From positions 11,284,001 to 11,348,000 of the forward strand of contig NC_135884.1 in assembly GCF_964194155.1 (NCBI RefSeq): 64,000 bases of DNA, given 5' to 3'. Positions 35,937-48,319 of this stretch are shown in pieces. The DNA comes from Cetorhinus maximus (lineage: Eukaryota). Position 1 is the first letter of the stretch; each line of letters begins with the position of its first letter. The notes below the pieces were generated by a model, which made no database searches, was not told the DNA's origin, and worked only from the letters and a program-made list of their open reading frames with translations. Both the position numbers and the translations under genes were made by a program.

Positions 35937-36491
35937 GGGCAGAAATTTTCACTCGACCGGCAGGTGCATGCCTGGACCTCTTGAGCGTGAAATGACGCGT
36001 GTTGACATCGGCGGAGATTGCCGACATCAATGCGCAGTCGCACTATAGATCAGTCGGCGGGCGCGGACCTACCCACAATTAAAAGGCATGTTGAGGCGAA
36101 AAGGCCAAGCGGCCTTTATAATTTTTTTTGGAAACCTCATCCACAGGTGGGATGAGGTTTCCAAAAGCAAATAAAAATAAAATAAAAGCTTTAATTTTTC
36201 ATTAGTAACATGTCTCTGCTCATGTGACTCTGTCACATGAGGGAACACGTTTTATTACATTTTTACACACCTCTTGCTCACTCGCACGCATATGCAAAGT
36301 TCGTGCTTGGCCCGTTCGCCCTCCTCCCCCGCCCCTTGCGCAGACAGCGCTCAGCGCTGCCGCTCGCGTTTCACACTGGGTGGGCCTTAATTGGCCTGCC
36401 AGCATGAAATCGTGGTGCGGTTCCAGTCATGGGCGGCGGTCAGCTTCCAGACCACAGAGATGCCAGTGGCACCCTAATTCGAAGAAAAATT
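35937..36491. mobile_element. Harbinger-type MITE
   Basis: Starts GGGCAGAAATTTT, similar to the right end of 53564-57328; internal hairpin ggaaacctcatcc..ggatgaggtttcc. Confidence 0.65.
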
Positions 36492-36529
36492 AGAGTGTGC
36501 TTAATTCAACTGCTTTAAGTGTGTGTTAG

Positions 36530-36952
36530 CTATGGCTCAGTTGGTAGCACTTTCAACTCTAAAGGAGGCGGTTTTGGGTTCAAGTCCCACTCCAGAATTT
36601 AAGGCTACCACTTCCGTGTAGGAGTGATGGAGTGCTGAGGTGCTGCCTTCCGGATGAGATGTTAAACCAAGGGCGTCAGCCCTCTCAGGTAGATGTAAAA
36701 GATCCCATTGCACCATTTTGAAGAGCAGGGGAGTTATTCCCGGTGTCCTGGCCAATATTTATCCCTCCATCAACATCACAAAAACTTGGCCAGGTCATTA
36801 TCACACTGTTGTTTGTGGGAGCTTGCTGTGCACAAGTTGGCTGCTTCTCACATTACAACAGTGATTATACTTCAAAAAAGTGCTTCGTTGGTTGTAAAAC
36901 ACTTTGAGACAACCGTTGGTTGTGAAAGATGCTATACAAATGCAAGTCTCCC
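36530..36952 (+). mobile_element. Deu-domain SINE
   Basis: ggctcagttggtagcac..ggttcaagtcc head plus Deu core and tail. Confidence 0.8.
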
Positions 36953-38224
36953 TTTGAAATGTTTGGTAATATTGAAATGAAGCTCTGGTTCATTGTCTAC
37001 AACATCAGTATGGCCACACTGAAAAGCCCCAATAGGAGATCACACTCGACACTAAAGTGATGTGGAGCCAAGGGGGTGGATTTGAGCCCGATTTTCCAAT
37101 CCCCTGCATTAGTGTCAGGGAAGGGTTAATTGACAGGCTGGGTCTCTTCTCTCTTGAAAAAAAAGGCTGAGGGGTGACCTAATAGAGGTCTTTAAAATAA
37201 TGAAAGGCTTTGACAAGGGATGCAAGCAGGATGTTTCCACTTGTGGGGGGGCGAGCACAACTAGAGGACATCAATATAAGATCGTCACCAAGAAATCCAA
37301 TCGGGAATTCTGAAGAAACTTTTGACCCCAAAGAGTGGTGAGAAGGTGGAATCCACTGCCACAGGGAACAGTTGAAGTGAACAGCAATGCATTTAAGGGG
37401 AAGCTAGACACGTATATGAGGGAATGAGGGAGAAGGGGATAGAAGGTTGCGATGATAGATTTGGCTCAGGAAAGGTGGAAGGAAGCTCAAGTGGGGCATA
37501 AACAGCGGATCGCCTATGTAACCCTGTAAGTATAGCTCCACAAAAGTACCTGGAAGATTCAGGTACACAGCCAGTGTTGTGATTCAAACCATCGCATGCT
37601 GGGCATGAGGCTTTAACTATGTTTTCTTAACAACTCATTCGGTCAAAATCGCATTTTCACATTCACTTGTTTTGGTTTTGAAGTGGCCATAAACTAAGAT
37701 CTGGAAATCCCCAGTGAAAGTCCCCACCTCCTACAGCTCCACTCAACTATTAATTTTCAGACTAGTCCAGGTCACATTTGCCCGCTGTGAGTCATTCCTA
37801 CTGTACATTTGCCCAGAGAAAAGTGAGAATTGGTTAACACTTTAACTAATTCTCCGCACCCTAGCCTCCCTGTGCAGGCACCCTTGCTACACTCACGATT
37901 ATACCAGTGGAGAAATGTCAAGTGCACCGACTGACTAGAAACTCTAACCAAAGTTGGAAACAAATCTTATCCTATGTACTTTAGCAAAGATGTGAGACAG
38001 TGAGGACAGATTGGTGACATCAGCAGCTTATCTAAACCGCATGCAACAGGTCAGCATCTATCCAATCTCACCAATCACTGATAAGGGGCTGGTATTCCAT
38101 TAGCTCAGCCTTACCACATCAGCTGTATCTCCACAAATGTGCTACTGTCGGTTAGGAGCAAGTACCTCGATCGGAGGTGGGTAGCCAGGCTCATGTGGGT
38201 TCACTTTATGAAGAGGTAATGTAC

Positions 38225-38650
38225 TTACATTTAAATAGCCTCTCTCACAATGTCAGGGCATTCTCAAACGCTTCATGGGCAATGAAGTACGTTTTGAGTG
38301 CAGTCACCATGGAAAACACGGTGACCAATCGGCGCACAGCAAGATCCCACAAACAGCAATGAGCTAAATGACCAGATGATCTGTTTTAGTCATGTTGGTG
38401 GAGGGATAAATATTAGTCGGGCCACCAGGCAGAACTCCCCAGCCCTTCCTTCAATAGTACCATGGGATTTTTTTTCAATCCTGAGAGGACTTGACTCGGA
38501 CTCACTTTAAACGTCACATCCAAAAGACGGCACCTCTGACAGTGCAGCAATCCCTCACTTACTGCACTGGGAGCATCAGCCCAGATTATAGGGTCACAAC
38601 TCTGGTGTGGGACTCAAACGCACAGCTTCTGATTCGGAGGCAATAGAGCT
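38225..38650 (-). mobile_element. Deu-domain SINE
   Basis: Reverse-colinear with 36530-36952; another minus-strand copy at ~13235-13550. Confidence 0.72.
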
Positions 38651-39598
38651 ACGCGCTAAAATGGGAAACAAGCAGAAGATTCTGGGAAACCACACAAGTT
38701 CGACTGGTATCTGAGAATAGCAAGGGTGCCAACATTTCAAGTGAACATGCAAAGCTTAGAATAGGGAGAGGTTACTGGTACAGAAATATGGGCTTTAGTC
38801 AGCACAATGGAGCTCATGGGACTTGTCTTCATAATTTCTTGGCTCAACTGAAGTACTCTCACTCCTGAATCACAAGCTTGTGGATTTGAGCCAGGACATG
38901 AACTCACAACTAACCCTTTACATTCCAGTTCAATTTGGACAGACCGCAGTCTGTTGCAGTTAAACTGAAGGCCGGCTTACATATTCAAATGATTTAGGCG
39001 AGGGTTGCAGGTCCCATTACACTATTGAAAGCAAAGCAGGCAGCCTTGGTCAAAAGTTCTCTTTGCACCAACATAACCAAAACGGAATTAACCCCGGTCA
39101 TTCATTTCATTGCCATCGCTGGGATCTTTCTGTGCACAGCACAGCTGCAGCATGCACCTATGTGACAAAGTCACTTCGCGCCAAAGTATATGTGACGGGA
39201 TCTTCCTCGATCGACCGCTGATTCCTCAGCGGAAGTTCACCGGGCTATTCTCGGATGGACATGGGGATCCGGAACATGGGACAGAATTCCCAGAGATGGA
39301 GTGCTGACTAACTGATCTCAACCAGAGGTCCTTCTGAATTAGATGGCTGGGATGGGGCGGGGGTTACGGGGTGGTGGTGAGGGAGCAGAAGGAGAAAAAT
39401 AGACAAGGTTTGCTTTAAGATCACTCTCCAGTGATTTGTAATGGAAAATGTATGTGTGGGAGTGTGGTGTTACACAGAATCAGGCTGAGCTGTCATAACT
39501 GAATAATTCGCTGATGCACGCTGACTATGCCAGCACATGAAGAGTTGGATGAGGTACCAGCACCCACTGGTACTGTATGCTGGCAACAGTGAGACAGA

Positions 39599-40096
39599 TG
39601 CTGACACTGTACACTAGCACCAGTGCATGCTGACACTGTAAACTGGTAACAGTGAATGCTGATACTGTACACTGGCACCAGGTGGGTACTGACACTGTAC
39701 ACTAGCACCAGTGCATGCTGACACTGTACACTGGCACCAGGTGGGTACTGACACTGTGCACTGGCATCAGCGCATGCTGATACTGTACACTGGCACCAGT
39801 GGGTGCTGATACTGTACACTGGCACCAGGTGGGTACTGACACTGTACACTAGCACCAGTGCATGCTGACACTGTACACTGGCACCAGGTGGGTACTGACA
39901 CTGTACACTGGCATCAGTGCATGCTGATACTGTACACTGGCATCAGTGGGTGCTGATACTGTACACTGGCACCAGGTGGGTACTGACACTGTACACTGGC
40001 ACCAGTCCATGCTGATACTGTACACTGGCACCAGTGGGTGCTGATACTGTACCCTGGCACCAGTGTGTGCTGGCTCTGGACACTGGCGCCAATCAG
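39599..40096. repeat. Minisatellite, 29/30-bp unit x~17
   Basis: tRctgaYactgtacactggcaccag(g)tgca/ggg, head-to-tail without spacers. Confidence 0.95.
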
Positions 40097-40789
40097 CATC
40101 TTCTGGAGAGGAGGAGCGGAAATTGGAAAAAAAAAATAAGGCAACAATGCCAGCAAGACAACTCCACCTGGACTCATGAACGAGGGTAAGAGGCCCACCT
40201 GTTGGAGCATGAGAGAGAGAGTCAGGGACATTAAGTAATGTGCAGGAGATGGAGGTGAGCTGTTGCAACCAAGCACACCAAACATCTCCACTGCTATTTC
40301 AAGGGGTCAGTCTTTTGCCCACTTTTGTGCGAGGAAGGAAGCCGGGTGACTTGCCTGGCTCCAGATGTATCTAGTGGAACGTAACATTTTGATGAGCTCA
40401 CCTGCCTCCATGTGAATAAACAGCATCACACTTACTAATGCAATGACTGTCACATTTAAGGGTTTCAGCCAGCTGCTCCAAAAGCTACCCGATAGGCAGT
40501 ATAAGCCTGAGATGGCTGAAGTGCAAACATAAACATCCAAAAAAACAACTGGAGGTTTCCTCAATGAATCACCTCAAAGTGTCATTTACAAATTTACAAT
40601 TTCAGGAGATTTTATGCAATCATCTTATCTCTACATTATTTAGTAACATAATCAGACTCCTCTGTGACTGGGCAGCTGCACTTTTTCAATAGAAACCTCA
40701 GAAAAACAAATGTCCTACTTGAAGTCATCTGATTACGAGGTTAAATGTAGTTTAGAGCCATCTAGAGATATGGAGCGAAGCTTTTATAG

Positions 40790-41678
40790 ACTAGAGGACA
40801 TGGGGAGGTCGCAGATGGATATAGATAGGTTGAGTGAGTGGACAAAAATCTGGCAGATGGAGTTTATTGTGGGAAGATATGAAGTTGTTCACTTGGGCAG
40901 GGAAAATTAAAAAAGCAGAGTATAACTTAAATGGAGAACGACTGCAGAATTCCGAGGTGCGGAGGGATCTAGATGCTCTCATGCACGAGTCACAAAAAGT
41001 TTGTATGTAGGTACAACAAGGAATTAAGAAGGCTAATAGAATGCTAACCTTTATTATGAGAGGAATTGAACATAAAAGTAAAAATGCTATGCTTCAGTTA
41101 TACAGGGCATAGGTGAGACCACATCTTGAATACCGTATGCAGTTTTGGCCTCCTTATTTAAGGGGAGGATTTCAATGCATCAGAGGCAGCTCAGAGGAAG
41201 TTTACTAGATTGGAATGAGCGGGTTGTCTTATGAGGAAAGGTTGGACAGGCTGGGCTTGTTTCCACTGGAGTTTAGAAGAGTAAGGGGTGACTTGATTGA
41301 AGTATACAAGATCCTGAACGGCCTTGACAAGGTGGACGTGGAAAGGATGTTTCCATCTTGTGGGTGAGTCCAGAACTAGGGAGGCACTGTTTTAAAATTA
41401 GGGGTCACCCCTTTAGGACAGAGATGAGGAGAAATTTTTTCTCTCAGAGGGTTGTGTGACTTTGGAACTCTCTGCCTCAGAAGCTGGTGGAGGCGGGGTC
41501 ATTGAATATTTTTAAGACGGAGGCAGATAGATTCTTGTTAGGCAAGGGAATCAAAGGTTATTGGGAGTAGATGAAAATGTGTAATTAGTAATACAAGCAG
41601 ATCAGCCATGATCTTATTGAAAGGCAGAGCAGGCTCGAAGGGCCGAATGGCCTACTTCTTCTCCTATTTCATATGTAC
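40790..41678 (+). mobile_element. CR1 LINE 3' portion
   Basis: DIDRLSEW.KIWQMEF; CR1 ORF2 C-terminus and ggccgaatggcct hairpin tail. Confidence 0.88.
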
Positions 41679-41944
41679 TAATTGATATGTTCACTTGCAA
41701 CTATATAAAAATGTTTTTTTAAAATTGCTGATTTGCTGTCAGATAAAATAAAATTGGGTAACTTTATGTGATCATCTACATGCATCCAACTTCGAAACTA
41801 AGCCACCAAGAATGAAAGGGGCCTACTCTTTCCTCATATGGAGGAGAAGAAGATTTTAAGACCCATTCCACTACCCAACTCACATTTACCTCCCAGCTGA
41901 CCGACTCAAGAAGGGCATCACTGACATTGGCCTGAGACCAGACC

Positions 41945-42660
41945 TTTTTTTATTCATCTTTGGGATGTGAGTGGCACTGGCCATGCCAGTATTTATTGCT
42001 CATCTCTAATTGCCCTCAAGGTAGTGGCGATTAGCGTCTTCCTGAACCACTGCAGTCCACGTGGTGTAGGTACATCCACAGTGCTGACAGGAAGGGAGTT
42101 GCAGGGTTTTGACCCAGCAACAGTGAAGGAACGGCGATATAGTTCCAAAGGCTGGATTTTTCGGCCCTGCCTGCCGCCAGGATTGTCCACTCCCGCCGAA
42201 ATTCAATGGACTTTTGGCTAGGCCGCTGAATCTCCGGCGGCGTGTCCCACCACAACGGGGCCAGAAGATCCCAGCCCAAGTCAGGACTGTGTGCAACTTG
42301 GAGGAGAGCTCTCAGGCGGTAGTGTTCCCATGTGCCTGCTGCCCTTATCCTTCCGAGTGGTCACGGGTTTGGAAGGTGCTGTCAAAGAAACCTTGGCGAG
42401 TTGCTGCAGTGCATCTTGTATATGGCACGCCTCCTGCTGCCAGTGTGTGTGTGCACCCATGTCGGAGGGAGGGAATGTTCAGGGTGGTGGATGAGGTCCA
42501 GTCAAATGGGCTGCGCTGTTGGAGGTGCCATCTTTCGATGAGACGTTAAGCTGACGTTAAACATCTACCTTCTCAGATATCAAGCTCCTCGAGTGTTGTT
42601 GGAGCTACACCCATCCAGGCAAGTGGAGAATATGATATAATGTAGATGGTGGACAGGCTT
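41945..42660 (-). mobile_element. LINE family B 3' fragment with nested MITE
   Basis: Family B tail tttttattcat..gggatgtgag; interrupted at 42149-42277. Confidence 0.75.
42149..42277. mobile_element. ~130-bp Harbinger-type MITE inserted in a LINE
   Basis: AGGCTGGATTTT...GATCCCAGCCC splits the host gttcc-aag-tcagg. Confidence 0.7.
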
Positions 42661-43299
42661 TGGGAAGCCTGTTTAATCGATCTAGCAAGGCGTGTGCAGG
42701 ACACGCCGAAACGCAAGAACAGGATTCCTCAAATTAGGAGGATACACGGGAAGACCTCATGGTCCATCATTCTCAGATGTCTCCTACCGGTCTTAGTCAA
42801 GAGCAATAGAGAACAGATCACCATTCCAGCCTCTCAGTCAGCAAGTCTTGTTGGCTGATGTAATCCATTGCCGCACTTATCACCCGAAATTTGTTGATGA
42901 TTATCTTCGGGAGTTAGAGAGGAATGTTCCTGGGTTACCGTCCCCTCAATAGGCCAATGTTTTCCTTTTGCCTCCCCTAGGTGAAGCTGCATGGCTGCTG
43001 GTCAGTGAGAAGCTTTGCTCATGCAGTTTCAGCATAACTGAATGGTCCAGTTGGTCTTTATCAGTCCATCTTTTTCGTATTTTTTCTAATTTATTCTTTC
43101 ATGGGAGGTGGGTGCCGCTGGCAATTCCAGCATTTGCTTCCCATCCCTAATTTCCCTTGAATTCAGTGGCTTTCTCAGTTATATTTCAGAGGACAGTTAA
43201 GAGTCATTGCTGTGGAGTCACATGTAGGCCAGACCAGGTAAGGATGGCAGATTTTCTTCCCAAAAGGACATTAGTGAACCAGGTGGGTTTTTAACCAAT

Positions 43300-44100
43300 C
43301 GCTGAAAGCAAGCAGGCAGGTGCAGCAAGCAGTTAAGGCGGCAAATGCTATGTTGGCCTTCATTGCGAGAAGATTTGAGTACGGGAGCAAAGGTGTCTTA
43401 CTGCAGCTATACAGGGCCTTGGTAAGACCACATCTGGAGTAGTGTGTGCAGTTTTGGTCTCCTTATCTAAGAAAGGGAGTATAGCGAAGGTTCACCAGAC
43501 TGATTCCTGGGATGGCAGGATTGTCGTATGAGGAGAGATTGGGTCGACTAGGCCAATATTCACTGGAATTTAGAAGAATTAGAGGGGATCTCATTGAAAT
43601 GTGCAGAATTCTGACAGGGTTGGACAGACTGGACGCAGGGATGATGTTTCCTCTGGCTGGGCGGTCTAGAACAAAGGGTCACAGTCTCAAGATACGGGGT
43701 AGGCCATCAATGGTAACCCCTACTACCAACATCCTCGGGGTTACCATTGACCAGAAAATGAACTGGATTAGCCATATAAATACTGTAGCTACCAGAGCAG
43801 GTCAGAGACTAGGAATCCTGCGGCAAGTAACTCACCTCCAGACTCCCCAAAGCCTATCCACCATCTACTAGGCACAAGTCAGGGGTGTGGTGGAATATTC
43901 TCCACTTGCCCGGACGAGTGCATCTCCCACAACACTCAAGAAGCTTGACACCAACCAGGACAAAGCAGCCCGCTTGATTGGCACCACATCCACAAACATT
44001 CACTCCCTCCACCACTGACACAGCAGTGTGTACCATCTACGTGATGCACTGCAGAAACTCACCAAGGCTCCGTAGGCAGCACCTTCCAAACCCAGGACCA
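43300..44100 (+). mobile_element. Adjacent CR1 fragment (43300-43705) and LINE family B fragment (~43725-44100)
   Basis: ORF 43512-43871 is chimeric: MAGLSYEERLGRLG..TKGHSLKI (CR1), then NILGVTIDQK..RAGQRLG (family B). Confidence 0.8.
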
Positions 44101-45404
44101 TCCAGTACTGCACTGGAGTGTCAGCCTTGATTTTTGTGTTCAATTCCTGGAGTGGGACTTGAACCTAAACATTTAAGGTTTTATGTTAATGGTAGCCTGG
44201 GATAGGACAACGTATGACCTAACTCCCTATACCTTTGCAATTATTTTTTCAACCACATGCCCAATCCCATTTTGAAAGTTAACACTGAATCTGCTTCCGC
44301 CATCCTTTCAGGCAGTGCATTCCAGATCATAACAACTCGCCGTCGGTAAAACAAAATGGTCCTCACCTCCCCACTGCTCCTCTTGAGATCATAAGAAATA
44401 GGAGCAGGAGTAGGTCATTCAGCCCATCGAGCCTGTTCCACCATTCAATAAGGTCATGGCTGATCGGAGTGTGGCCTTAACTCCACTTTGCTGTCTGTCC
44501 TCCGTAACCCTTGTCAATCAAAAAAATCTGTCTAACTCAGCCCTGAATAGTGACCCAGCTTCCACTGCTCTCTGTGGAAGAGAATTCCACAGACTGACTC
44601 TGAGAGAAGAAATTCCTCCTCATCTCTGCCTTAATTGGGAGACCCCCTTTATCTTCAAACTTTGCCCCCTAGTTCTTGATTCCCCCATAAGAGGGAACAT
44701 CCTCTGAACATCCACCCTGTCAAGCCCCCTCAGAACCTTGTATGTTTCAATAAGATCCTCTTCTAAACTCCAATGGGCGTAGGCCCAACCTGCTCAACCT
44801 TTCCTCATAAAACAACCCCTTCGTCCTAGAAATTTTGCCAGCTGGTATAAATCTGTGTCCCCTGGTTACCGACCATCCTTTCCAGTGAGAATGCTTTTGC
44901 CTTATACCGTCTATCAAAACCCTTCATGATTTTGAACAACTTTATTAAATCTCAGAATTAAGAAGCAAAAAGAATATGTTAAAAATAAAAAAGGCTGGCC
45001 CAACTCGCAACTATAAAATATAGGAGTTATAGAACAGAAACAGGCCATTTGGCCCAACGCCTGAATACAGGTCTTCAAGCTCCAAGTAAGCCTCCTCCCA
45101 CCCCTCTAGCTATCTAACCCCATCATTATAACCTTCCACTGCTTTCTCCCTAATGTGCTTATCTAGCGTCGCCTTAAATACATCTGTGCTATTGGCTACC
45201 ACTGGGAATTCCTGAAGCAAATTCCACATTCCAACCATTTCTGTGGGTTTCTCTTGGATTCCCTCTTGGATTTATTGGATGTCCCAGATTTTTTTGGTGT
45301 TCGTATCATGGGCCAGAAGTTAGGAGGCACTGCTGTCAGTGTTGCCACCTCACCAGCCTACAATGTCTCTGGCTCAACTCTAAAAAGACTTTGAACTGCC
45401 ATAG

Positions 45405-45845
45405 CTGTGGCTCCCTTAGCCTTGGAGTCGGAAGTATGTGGATTCAAGAACGACCCCATGGTTTGAGCGCAAAAATCAAGGCTATCGCTCCGGCGTAGTG
45501 AGGGATTGCTGCACTTTCGGAGGTTATGTCTTTCAGGTGGATGTTAAAATGAGGCCCTGTCTGTCGTCTCTGGTGGACATAAAGAATCCCGCGAACACTA
45601 TTTCAAAGAGCAGGGGAGCTATTCCTGATGTCCTGGTCAATATTCATCCCTCAATCAACATCACAAAAACAGATTATCTGGTCATTATTACATTGCTGTG
45701 CCTGAGACCTCGCCATGTGCAAAGTGGCTGCCATGTGTCCTCCATTCCAACAATGACTATATTTCAAAAGCACTTCCTTGGCTGTAAGATGCGTCAAATC
45801 TTCTCTGCTTGTGATAGGTGCCATATAAATGCAAGTCTTTCTCTT
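45405..45845 (+). mobile_element. Deu-domain SINE
   Basis: Colinear with 36530-36952. Confidence 0.75.
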
Positions 45846-47059
45846 TTTTTTAATGGAAGTCTCACTTAATAGATATGTACAAAGCTGATAAAGGAAACTC
45901 ATTCTATTAGGGCCACGTGCACCCCCAACTTCCCAATCATTTGTAAGGCATCTCCTGGTGGTGGTGGGGTGGGGGCGCAAAGGAGGAAAAGCAAGGGGGA
46001 AAGTTGTGGCCAATTTTAGGAAAATCGTTCGGAGATTCCTCTTGTACTCACAAAGGCAATCAATACTAAGCAACCAAAGGAAAATATTTAAAAGGTATAA
46101 CTTGTAACAAAGTACAAATCCGAAACAGAATGAAAGCGAGGCAAAATTACCACAGTTTAAGATTTCATCACACCACAAAAGGTGTCAGCGAAAAATATCA
46201 AGAACGTTGTCACGACCGTGAGACCAAACAATACAAATCACCTGCAGGCGGCCGCTCAAGAACTTTAAGAGTTGGTCAAAGGCACAGGTGTTGATGAGGC
46301 TTTTAATGGCAGGGAGGGTGACAGCAAGATAGCAGAAGTGGTTCGGGGAGAGTGTTCCAATAGAGCAGGGCAGTGGCAATAGCGCTGCCGCTGGGCAGGT
46401 CACCAGAAGTATCGGGATGCAGAGGAGACCAGAGCACAGCAGTGCACCAGCTAGAGGTTGGGCTGGAGGAGGTTGCAAAAGGTAAGACAGGGAAAGACTG
46501 AAGGTATCTATAAGCCTGGACAAGGATATTGAATTTTCCGTGTTGGGGTACACTGGGAATCAGCAAGGATGCAGCTGTGGTCAAGTAGGAGACAAGCAGA
46601 AGTTCAGATGGATTGGAACTTATGTAGGCTGGGAGTCATTAAGCTGGTTAAGTGGAGCGATGGAAAAATCAAGCCTTGAAATAACGAACATATGAATAGG
46701 AGTTTCACTGGAGCTGCATTGGAGGTGGATGCAGGTTTGGAGGCAGTATTGCAAAAGTTGTTATAAAGCACATTCCAAATCTGTGATCTCTATCATCAAG
46801 GCAGCAGGCACATGGGAACACCACCATCTTCAAGTTCACTTCTAAGTCACATATCATTTCGACTTGGAATTACATCACCGTTCATTACAGTCACTGAGAC
46901 AAAATCCTGAAACTCCCTTCCTAACACACTGGGGTGCACCTACAATACATGGACTGCAGCGGTTTAAGGCAGCAGCTCACCACCACCTTCTCAAAGGCAG
47001 TCAGGGATGGACAATAAATGTTGGCCTTGCCACATACTATGCCACATACCATGGATGAA

Positions 47060-47991
47060 ATGTAACATTTCCAAGTTTGCAGATGACACAAAACTAGGTG
47101 GGTATGTGAGTTGTGAGAATGATCCAAAGGGGCTTCAAGGGGATTTGGACAGACTCTGAGTGGTCAAGAACATGGCAGGTGGAATATAATAAGGTCATCC
47201 ACTTCGGTACGAAAAAGAGAAAGGCAGAGTATTTCTTAAATGGTGAAACATTGGGGTGTGTTGATGCCCAAAGGGACCTGGGTGTCCTTGTGCATAAGTC
47301 ACTGAAAGCTAATATGCAGGTGCAGCAAACAATTAAAAGGCAAATGGTATGTTAGCCTTTATCACAAGAGGATTTGAGCACAAGAGTAAAGGTGTTCTGC
47401 TTCAATTGTATAAAACTTTGGTTAGACCACATCTGGAATATTGTGTACAGTTTTGGTCTCCTTAAGGAAGGATATACTTGCCATTGGAGGGAGTGCAGTG
47501 AAGGTTCACCAGACTGATTCCTGGGATGGCAGGATTGTCATATGAGGAGAGATTGAGGAGGCCGGCCCTGTATTCTCTAGAGTTTAGAAGAATGAGTAGT
47601 GATCTCATTGAAACTTACAAATTCTTAAGGGGCTGGACAGGGTAGATACAGAAAGGATGTTTTCACTGGCTGGGGAGGCGGGGGGAGTGGAGCTAGAACC
47701 AGAGGACGCAGCCTCAGAATACGAGGCAAGCCATGGAGGACTGAGATGACGAGGATTTTTTTCACGGAGATGGTGGTGAATCTTGGAATTCTCTACACCA
47801 GACAGCTGTGGAAGTTCCAGTCATTGAGCATGCTCAAGACAGAAATCAATAGATTTCTAGATACCAGTGACATCAAGGAATATGGGGAGAGCACAGGAAA
47901 ATGGCATTGAGGTAGACAATCAGCTATGATCTAGTTGAATGGTGGAGCAGGCTCAAGGGGCTGAATGGTCTACTCCTGCTCCTATGTTCCA
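47060..47991 (+). mobile_element. CR1 LINE 3' portion
   Basis: aagtttgcagatgacac (KFADDT), RDLGVLVH, CR1 3' tail. Confidence 0.88.
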
Positions 47992-48138
47992 ATGAACGAA
48001 TAAGAAAATGTAAACGTTTGTGACCTCAGTGGGTTTGAAACTCAGGGTCGATACTGCAACTAATTTATGTGCCATCTGGTTCAATCATATCTGGTTCAAT
48101 CCAAGAGGGAGGCAGCTAAAGTTGGGGGAGAGGATAAA

Positions 48139-48319
48139 GGGGGTGAAATTGTCCCACGCCAGTATCATGAAATGTACTGATAGCAAGTTGACAGTTCTTT
48201 GTGCACTGCACCAGATTTACTTTTCCCTTGAAGTTAGTGGGAGAGAAAATTGGGTAGAGAGCAAGGCAGGCTGCCCATTCAATACATGCAAATTTCCAGC
48301 ATTGACCAATTTCACCCCC
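48139..48319. mobile_element. MITE with 13-bp perfect TIR
   Basis: GGGGGTGAAATTG ... CAATTTCACCCCC; TSD unclear; superfamily not determined. Confidence 0.6.

Noticed and set aside
36530-36600. tRNA-like A/B box sequence
   Set aside because: It is the head of a SINE; no cloverleaf, so not a tRNA gene.
39599-40096. CRISPR-like array (29-30-bp partly palindromic repeats)
   Set aside because: Units are contiguous with no unique spacers, there are no cas genes, and the context is vertebrate; it is a minisatellite. Its Cys-rich ORFs are repeat artefacts.
42960-43060. Strong-looking plus-strand splice acceptor at 42980
   Set aside because: No recognisable peptide or convincing partner exon.
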